Assembly: GCA_034408725.1 (NCBI GenBank)
Contig: JAWXCN010000202.1
Location: 1 to 21,585, forward strand
DNA from: Candidatus Hydrogenedentota bacterium
GTDB lineage: Bacteria > Hydrogenedentota > Hydrogenedentia > Hydrogenedentales > SLHB01
DNA length: 21,585 nt
Direction of reading: 5' to 3'
The notes beneath the pieces are model-generated. The model was not told the origin of the DNA. It did not search any database and saw only the letters and a list, made by a program, of their open reading frames with translations. The first letter of the stretch is position 1. Each line of letters begins with the position of its first letter. This document shows positions 16,576 through 21,585 of this stretch, piece after piece. Made by a program: the position numbers and the translations under genes.

Positions 16576-17781
16576 ATGCAGGATGATCCACCACCAACAG
16601 AGCCGGCGACATTCCCAAATGGAAATTTGGGAACGAGGGGTGAGACCGAGCCCGCTGCGTTCTCGAATGGAAATTCGGGAACGAGTGGCGAGCAGAGGGG
16701 CGTGCCGCCGCGTCCGATATCGCGCGCGGGCGCGGTGCGTTTCGTAATCCTGTTTCTGGTTCTGACTGCGGTGTTCCTGACTTTCGGCCGGTACGCGGTG
16801 AACACAGGGCCGATGAACTGGTATCTGTTCCAGGTCGCGCGGCAGACGTCATTTGTGCTGGGCGTATCCGGTCACTCTTGTTCGGTCGAGAACCCTGATC
16901 CTTATGCCGCGCGGGGCGACGCGTTGCGCGCGGAAACTGTTGCGTGGCGGAGCGGTGATGAGGAAGCAGCAACGGCGCTCGAAGGTGGCGTACCGCCGAG
17001 TTCCTACGAAGTGTGGAAGTATCGGGCGGCGAGGTTGGCGCGTGACCTGCGCCATGAACAACGCTACCTGGCCATGGCCGAACCGCTGCCGCGCCCCAGC
17101 GTCATGTCGCCGGAAGAACACATCACGCACATTCGCGCCAGCCTGGACCGGGTCGTCGCTTCGACAAAACGGGGCGTACCGCCACAGTCCAGCGAAGTCA
17201 TGGTGAAAGGACTGAAAGAAATCGTTGCAACCACCGAAGGAATAGTCGCAGCTTTGGAAAGTGGATCGCGTCCTTCCGGCGTTCCGATCGAGGAAGCTCT
17301 TGACCAACTCGAAGCGGAAGTCGAACGCGCGCGAGCGGGACAAGCCGCATTTCTGGGCGAACGGGTCGCCGCGCTGACAACGCAAGTTCAGGACAGGCTT
17401 GGTCCGTTGGTGATGTTTGTCGCGCGAGAAAGTGCGGATGCGCCGCGGCGCTTTAACTTCCACCTTGTGCCGGATTGCGGCGCATTGCCGTCGATGTCGA
17501 TCTACCTCGCCGCGCTGCTCGCGTTTCCCGCGACGTGGCGGCAAAGGCTGGTTGGAGTACTGATTGGCGCGCCGCTTCTGTACGCGGTCAACATTGCGCG
17601 GCTGGTATGCCTCGCGTTTATCGGCGCTTATGCGGAGAACACGGACGTATTCGAATTCGCACACCAATACGTCTGGCAGGCCGTTTATATTCTGATCGTT
17701 GTGGGCGTTTGGCTGCTTTGGGTTGAACTGATTGTGCGTCCGGGGGCCGTATGGTCCGGCAAAACAACATCCGGCGCGTAA
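16576..17781 (+). CDS. Exosortase/archaeosortase-family protein (XrtH-like) with a large soluble insertion
   Basis: Cys-Arg-His triad motifs VPDCGALPSM, VNIARL, FEFAHQYVWQ within multi-TM segments. Start uncertain (16576 or about 16702). Confidence 0.8.
   Translation: MQDDPPPTEPATFPNGNLGTRGETEPAAFSNGNSGTSGEQRGVPPRPISRAGAVRFVILFLVLTAVFLTFGRYAVNTGPMNWYLFQVARQTSFVLGVSGHSCSVENPDPYAARGDALRAETVAWRSGDEEAATALEGGVPPSSYEVWKYRAARLARDLRHEQRYLAMAEPLPRPSVMSPEEHITHIRASLDRVVASTKRGVPPQSSEVMVKGLKEIVATTEGIVAALESGSRPSGVPIEEALDQLEAEVERARAGQAAFLGERVAALTTQVQDRLGPLVMFVARESADAPRRFNFHLVPDCGALPSMSIYLAALLAFPATWRQRLVGVLIGAPLLYAVNIARLVCLAFIGAYAENTDVFEFAHQYVWQAVYILIVVGVWLLWVELIVRPGAVWSGKTTSGA
16597..16692 (+). repeat. Two 48-bp imperfect tandem repeats containing a REP-like palindrome
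   Basis: TEPATFPNGNLGTRGE / TEPAAFSNGNSGTSGE; palindrome TTCCCAAAT-GGAA-ATTTGGGAA at 16612-16633. Confidence 0.8.
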
Positions 17782-18308
17782 TATTGTTTGCGCTCCGGCT
17801 CGCGATCATTGCGCCAGCCGTCCTGGTGATCTGGGGGCTGTGTCTTCCCGCATACGCGTGGTTCATTGGGCAATGCGCGTCGATGGTCCTGAATATTTTC
17901 GGGCATGGGATCGAGCGGGTGGTGGTGGACGCGGAAGGGTTGCTGAACTCGAAAACGAAGATGGGGTTTGTTCTCGGCGAACGCATGCCGACTACGCCGA
18001 TCGCGCTTGTGGTGTCCAATATCGCGACGTTTGTCGCGCTGGTGTTGGCGACGCGCCGGCTAGGTTGGCGTGACCGGGGATGGGCGGTTGCGCTCGGGGT
18101 GGCGGTGCTTGCGGCTTCGCACGTAACACATGTCGTGGTATTTTTCGCGTTTGCGAAGGGGATTCAACAGCACCCGCAAGTTCCAACGGCGATTGCGCAG
18201 ATATTTATTTCGCTTCCGTTTTTGTTGTGGATTGCGCTGGTGTTTTTGGGGAGTTACGGGAATGATGGGACGGATGGGATACATGAGAGGGATGGAAAAG
18301 GGGCATGA
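17751..18308 (+). CDS. Exosortase-associated membrane protein (exosortase-like topology, no catalytic Cys)
   Basis: 185 aa with about 4 hydrophobic segments, overlapping the exosortase gene. NIATFVALVLAT...GWAVALGVAVL parallels SMSIYLAALLAF...LVGVLIGAPLL of the exosortase. Confidence 0.6.
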   Translation: MVRQNNIRRVILFALRLAIIAPAVLVIWGLCLPAYAWFIGQCASMVLNIFGHGIERVVVDAEGLLNSKTKMGFVLGERMPTTPIALVVSNIATFVALVLATRRLGWRDRGWAVALGVAVLAASHVTHVVVFFAFAKGIQQHPQVPTAIAQIFISLPFLLWIALVFLGSYGNDGTDGIHERDGKGA

Positions 18309-18332
18309 TGTCGTTTGCGGCGGTTCGCCTGA

Positions 18333-19214
18333 TCACAACGCCGGCCCAAGCCGACGGCCGTTGTCGGCCCAGTGATAGAATCCTTCGCCCGACTTTGCGC
18401 CCAGTTTGCCGTCTTTCACCAATTGCACGAGCAGCGCGGGCGGGGCCGACATCCGCTCCGGTTCGAGGTCGTGCATTACTTTGAACGCATTCAGCGCGAT
18501 ATCGAGTCCGGCGAGGTCGGCGATGCAAAGTGGGCCGACGCGTAGATTAAACCCGTCGCACATTCCTTGATCGATATCCTCCACCGTACCGACGCCTTCT
18601 TCCGCGAGGCGAATGGCCTCGCAGGTCATTGCGCCGAAGATGCGGTTCATGATGAACCCGGGAACGTCTTTTTTCACGAGCACGGGACTCTTGCCGAGTG
18701 CGCGCGTGAATGCGAGAGTGGCATCGACGACCGCAGCGGCGGTCGCCGGGTTGGGTATGATTTCCACGAGACGCATGAGCGGCACCGGACCGAAGAAGTG
18801 AATGCCGATGACGCGTTGTGGGTGCGCGGATGCGGTCGCGAGCGTGGTGATGGGGATGGTTGACGTGTTCGAGCCGATAATCGTATCTGGCCTGCAGATG
18901 CCGTCGAGCTTGCGCAGTGTTTCGAGTTTGACGGATGGGTCTTCGTACACGGCTTCTACAACGAGGTCCGCCTCACGCGCGGCGTTGTAGTCCGTTCCGG
19001 TTTTGATGCGTTTGCCGAGATTGCCGGCCGAAGATTGGAGTAGACCTTTTGATTCCAGTTTTTCGAGCGACCAATCAATGGCGCTACGCGCGCGTTCGAG
19101 CCGGGCCTCAGTGAGGTCAATGAGGGTTACGTGGAATCCGGCTTGCGCGCTGACTTGTGCGATGCCGCTGCCCATGAATCCCGCGCCGATGACTGCGATG
19201 TGGTGAATGGACAT
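18333..19214 (-). CDS. 3-hydroxyacyl-CoA (3-hydroxybutyryl-CoA) dehydrogenase
   Basis: ATG at 19214; VIGAGFMGSGIA Rossmann motif, VVEAVYED, SNTSTIP, IHFFGPV, PGFIMNR, ADLAGLD, GAKSGEGFY. Confidence 0.93.
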   Translation of the reverse strand: MSIHHIAVIGAGFMGSGIAQVSAQAGFHVTLIDLTEARLERARSAIDWSLEKLESKGLLQSSAGNLGKRIKTGTDYNAAREADLVVEAVYEDPSVKLETLRKLDGICRPDTIIGSNTSTIPITTLATASAHPQRVIGIHFFGPVPLMRLVEIIPNPATAAAVVDATLAFTRALGKSPVLVKKDVPGFIMNRIFGAMTCEAIRLAEEGVGTVEDIDQGMCDGFNLRVGPLCIADLAGLDIALNAFKVMHDLEPERMSAPPALLVQLVKDGKLGAKSGEGFYHWADNGRRLGPAL

Positions 19215-19324
19215 CTTAGATCTCCGTGTGAGAAGGATACTGGATCGGGCGCCGCGGACACACGGACGAACACGGACAGACACGGACAAGGATTGACGGG
19301 AAATGCGATCGGACGAATCTACTT

Positions 19325-19366
19325 TTTGAAAAGGAGGGAGCGGCGGGCCTTGGGAACCCGCCGCTC
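19325..19366 (-). terminator. Rho-independent terminator for a minus-strand transcript
   Basis: Perfect 10-bp stem GAGCGGCGGG/CCCGCCGCTC (19338-19366), followed on the minus strand by CCTCCTTTTC. Confidence 0.65.
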
Positions 19367-19375
19367 AGTGCGGGG

Positions 19376-19576
19376 AGTGCCTGGAAACCGTTTTTCCGTG
19401 TTCTTGGCGCAAGAGGGTCACGGTAATAGCGTACTAACCTGAAACCATTGGGCTGCGGTCGTTGGCCTCAGACGCTACGTAGCGCGTGTGGATCCTTAAC
19501 GGTCTGGGCTGCGGAACTGACTTCACGGTGCAATGAAATCGTTGACCAGATCCCCACCAAATTGGTTCCAGACACT
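19376..19576 (-). ncRNA. Rod-shaped ~200-nt ncRNA candidate (6S RNA-like architecture)
   Basis: 5' AGUGUCUGGAACC pairs with 3' GGUUUCCAGGCACU. Further nested stems (UGGUG/CGCCA, GGUCA/UGACC, UGAAGUCA/UGGUUUCA) flank a central bubble. Flanked by a promoter and a terminator; no convincing ORF. Confidence 0.55.
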
Positions 19577-19582
19577 GGAGGC

Positions 19583-19611
19583 ATCTTACCACAACATATA
19601 GGGGCTGTCAA
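19583..19611 (-). promoter_or_regulatory. Sigma70 promoter for the ncRNA candidate, with an NrdR-box-like site in the spacer
   Basis: Minus strand TTGACA (19611-19606), 17 bp, TAAGAT (19588-19583) with an extended -10 TG. CCACAACATATAGGGG at 19589-19604. Confidence 0.7.
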
Positions 19612-19810
19612 CAACTTTCTTTGGGGTGTCAACAAATTGTTTCTTGGATGATTTTGCCATAAGCTGTAGATTGATTGAGGAGTTGCGCCACAGGTTGGGG
19701 CAATTGTGAAATACTGCGCAAATTGTAGGTTTTTAAGCAATTTTGAATCGTCGACTAGATATAGTGGTTTGAAAGAACTGAAAAACCCGACATCTTCGAT
19801 CACCCTGTCC

Positions 19811-19839
19811 TTGCGGGCTTTTGACGCGTGTGCTACGAT
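19811..19839 (+). promoter_or_regulatory. Putative sigma70 promoter for the FmdB-family gene
   Basis: TTGCGG (19811-19816), 17 bp, TACGAT (19834-19839) with an extended -10 TG. Confidence 0.5.
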
Positions 19840-19892
19840 TAAGGAGTGCGGCTATTTCGCCGAATTCACGGGTTTGGGAGGTCCTTTCCGCG

Positions 19893-20111
19893 ATGCCCTT
19901 ATTTGGCTATATTTGTGAGTCCTGCGAGCAGGAACACGAACTATTGGTGCGGTCAGACGCGCTCCCCGATTGCCCCGATTGTGGGTCCGCGCAGATGGTG
20001 AAGCTCATGAGCGCGTTCGCGCCGAAGGCTTCAAACCGGATGGAATCAACGCCGTCGTCGTGTGGCGCAACGGTTTGTTGTGGCATGCGCAACGGCTGCG
20101 GTATGAATTGA
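19893..20111 (+). CDS. FmdB-family zinc-ribbon protein
   Basis: ATG at 19893 after GGAGG; MPLFGYICESC...CPDCGS...KLMSAF with a Cys-rich tail. Confidence 0.88.
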   Translation: MPLFGYICESCEQEHELLVRSDALPDCPDCGSAQMVKLMSAFAPKASNRMESTPSSCGATVCCGMRNGCGMN

Positions 20112-20545
20112 GAACGCCGGTGCCGCTACGACGTGAAAAAACCGATCCAGAGGCCGAGCGGTCTGCTTTCACCAAGCCGGCGATAGAAAAATCGTACCCG
20201 AATGAACCGAAGCAGTTGATGACGCTGGGCATGCACCTGCGGAAAGTCTTGAAGGACATGAACGCGCGCCGCCCGGTCAGTTTCTTTCTGTTGCTCGCGA
20301 TGATTATCGTGCTGCTGCTAGGCACGCAGATCGCCAACCACCGCGACGATCCGAAACAGTTCGCGCTTATCCTCAGTTGTCTCTTCGTGTTCTTTTTCGC
20401 GGCGATGGTATACGCCGTGCTGGATGCCGGCCAGATTGTGCGCGACCATCTGCGCGAGCAGCGGAAGGTGTGGCACACGACGCTTGGCGAGGAGGAATTT
20501 CTCGCGGAACTCGGTAAGCGCGTGCGCGAGAAGCGCGATTCCTAG
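20108..20545 (+). CDS. Hypothetical two-TM membrane protein
   Basis: Hydrophobic segments SFFLLLAMIIVLLLG and FALILSCLFVFFFAAMVYAVL. Start uncertain (TTG 20108 overlapping the upstream stop, GTG 20120 or ATG 20219). Confidence 0.65.
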   Translation: MRTPVPLRREKTDPEAERSAFTKPAIEKSYPNEPKQLMTLGMHLRKVLKDMNARRPVSFFLLLAMIIVLLLGTQIANHRDDPKQFALILSCLFVFFFAAMVYAVLDAGQIVRDHLREQRKVWHTTLGEEEFLAELGKRVREKRDS

Positions 20546-20584
20546 GCGGTCGCCGCACACCTTCATTCGCGGCGGCATTTTCCC

Positions 20585-21585
20585 ATGAAGCACCTGCTGG
20601 CACTGGTCCCGAACTGGGTGGGCGACGTGGCAATGTGTACGCCGGCGTTGCGCGCGCTGGCGCGGCGGTATCCCGAATCCGAATTGACGGTTGCCGGACG
20701 CAGTGTCGCGTGTGAATTGCTGGATGGGCTTCCTTACCTTCATCGTTTCGTCAAACTTCCTGCAAAACCGGGTCTCTTTGCCATGATCGAGGCCGCACGC
20801 GCATTGCGCCCGCATGCGCGCGATGCGGCAATCGTTTTTCCACATTCGGCGCGCGCCGCAATATTGGCACGGCTCGCCGGGGCACAGCGGCGAATCGGAT
20901 ATGCGCGCGGTAGAAGGGCATGGTTGTTAACGGATGCTGTCGAACCGCATCGGGTGAATGGGGTAATTGAGCCGGTCTACATGACGGCCGAGTATCTCGA
21001 TTTGCTTGCGCCACTCGATTGTACAGACGATGGCAACGGACTTGAACTTCACGCGAGCCAGGATGCGTTGGCGCGGGTTTCGCCCCATCTCGAAGGAGCA
21101 AGCTCCCTCGTGGGAATCGCGCCGGGCGCCGCGTTCGGGCCGAGCAAGCTCTGGCCCGCGGAACGGTTTGCGGCGGTGGCCGACGGCTTGGCGGAAAAAG
21201 CCGGGGCGCGCTGCGTATTGTTTACAGGTCCGGGCGAGGAAGCAACGCGGGACGCCGTGTTACGCCACGCCAGGCATCCGTTGGTTCAGTACGACGATGG
21301 CGCGCCTTCGATTGCGAAACTCAAGGCGGCCATTTCCAAGCTCGATTTGTTGGTCTGCAATGATTCCGGCACGCGGCACGTGGCGGTGGCTTTTGGCGTG
21401 CCGGTGGTGTGCATCATGGGGCCAACCTCGCCGAAGTATTCGTGCGGGCCCTATGAAAAGGGCGAGGTGCTGCGGGTCGATGTCGATTGCGGGCCTTGCC
21501 AGAAACCGGTGTGTACGACGGACCACCGGTGCATGACACGGGTGACGGCGGAGTGGGTGTTGGGTGTGGCGATGAGGGCTTTGGC
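20585..21585 (+). CDS. waaF: Glycosyltransferase family 9, LPS heptosyltransferase II-like (runs off the right edge)
   Basis: Manual translation MKHLLALVPNWVGDVAMCTPALRAL..., GIAPGAAFGPSKLWPAERFA, VCNDSGTRHVAVAFGVPVV, CGPCQKPVC...HRCM. Confidence 0.85.
   Translation, partial: MKHLLALVPNWVGDVAMCTPALRALARRYPESELTVAGRSVACELLDGLPYLHRFVKLPAKPGLFAMIEAARALRPHARDAAIVFPHSARAAILARLAGAQRRIGYARGRRAWLLTDAVEPHRVNGVIEPVYMTAEYLDLLAPLDCTDDGNGLELHASQDALARVSPHLEGASSLVGIAPGAAFGPSKLWPAERFAAVADGLAEKAGARCVLFTGPGEEATRDAVLRHARHPLVQYDDGAPSIAKLKAAISKLDLLVCNDSGTRHVAVAFGVPVVCIMGPTSPKYSCGPYEKGEVLRVDVDCGPCQKPVCTTDHRCMTRVTAEWVLGVAMRAL

Noticed and set aside
19580-19800. Replication origin or dif site
   Set aside because: AT-rich, but only poor DnaA-box matches and no XerC/XerD dif consensus.
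21006-21536. 176-aa ORF in the track
   Set aside because: An alternative frame inside the GT9 gene that starts at 20585.

Overview
GC-rich bacterial chromosomal window; the many 'xCP' lipoproteins suggest a Candidatus Hydrogenedentota-like organism (inference only). Left to right: partial YegD-like Hsp70 gene (-); nrdA with two ATP cones, behind a sigma70 promoter overlapped by NrdR boxes; a ~4.2 kb array of eight small divergent paralogous lipoproteins plus one remnant between nrdA and nrdB; a Chlamydia-type class Ic (Tyr-less, Mn/Fe) nrdB; a sugar-phosphate isomerase/epimerase; a 59-aa secreted peptide; a MITE-like element with 39-bp tandem repeats; a stand-alone motAB pair; an enoyl-CoA hydratase; a cluster of transglutaminase-like, DUF1318 lipoprotein, exosortase and exosortase-partner genes; a 3-hydroxyacyl-CoA dehydrogenase; a ~200-nt rod-shaped ncRNA candidate with its own promoter and terminator; an FmdB zinc-ribbon gene; a small membrane protein; and a partial GT9 heptosyltransferase. 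The most striking signal is the lipoprotein array. It carries extra, progressively decayed copies of the nrdB 5' end and an orphan allelic 3' gene end, which suggests serial cassette capture at the start of nrdB.
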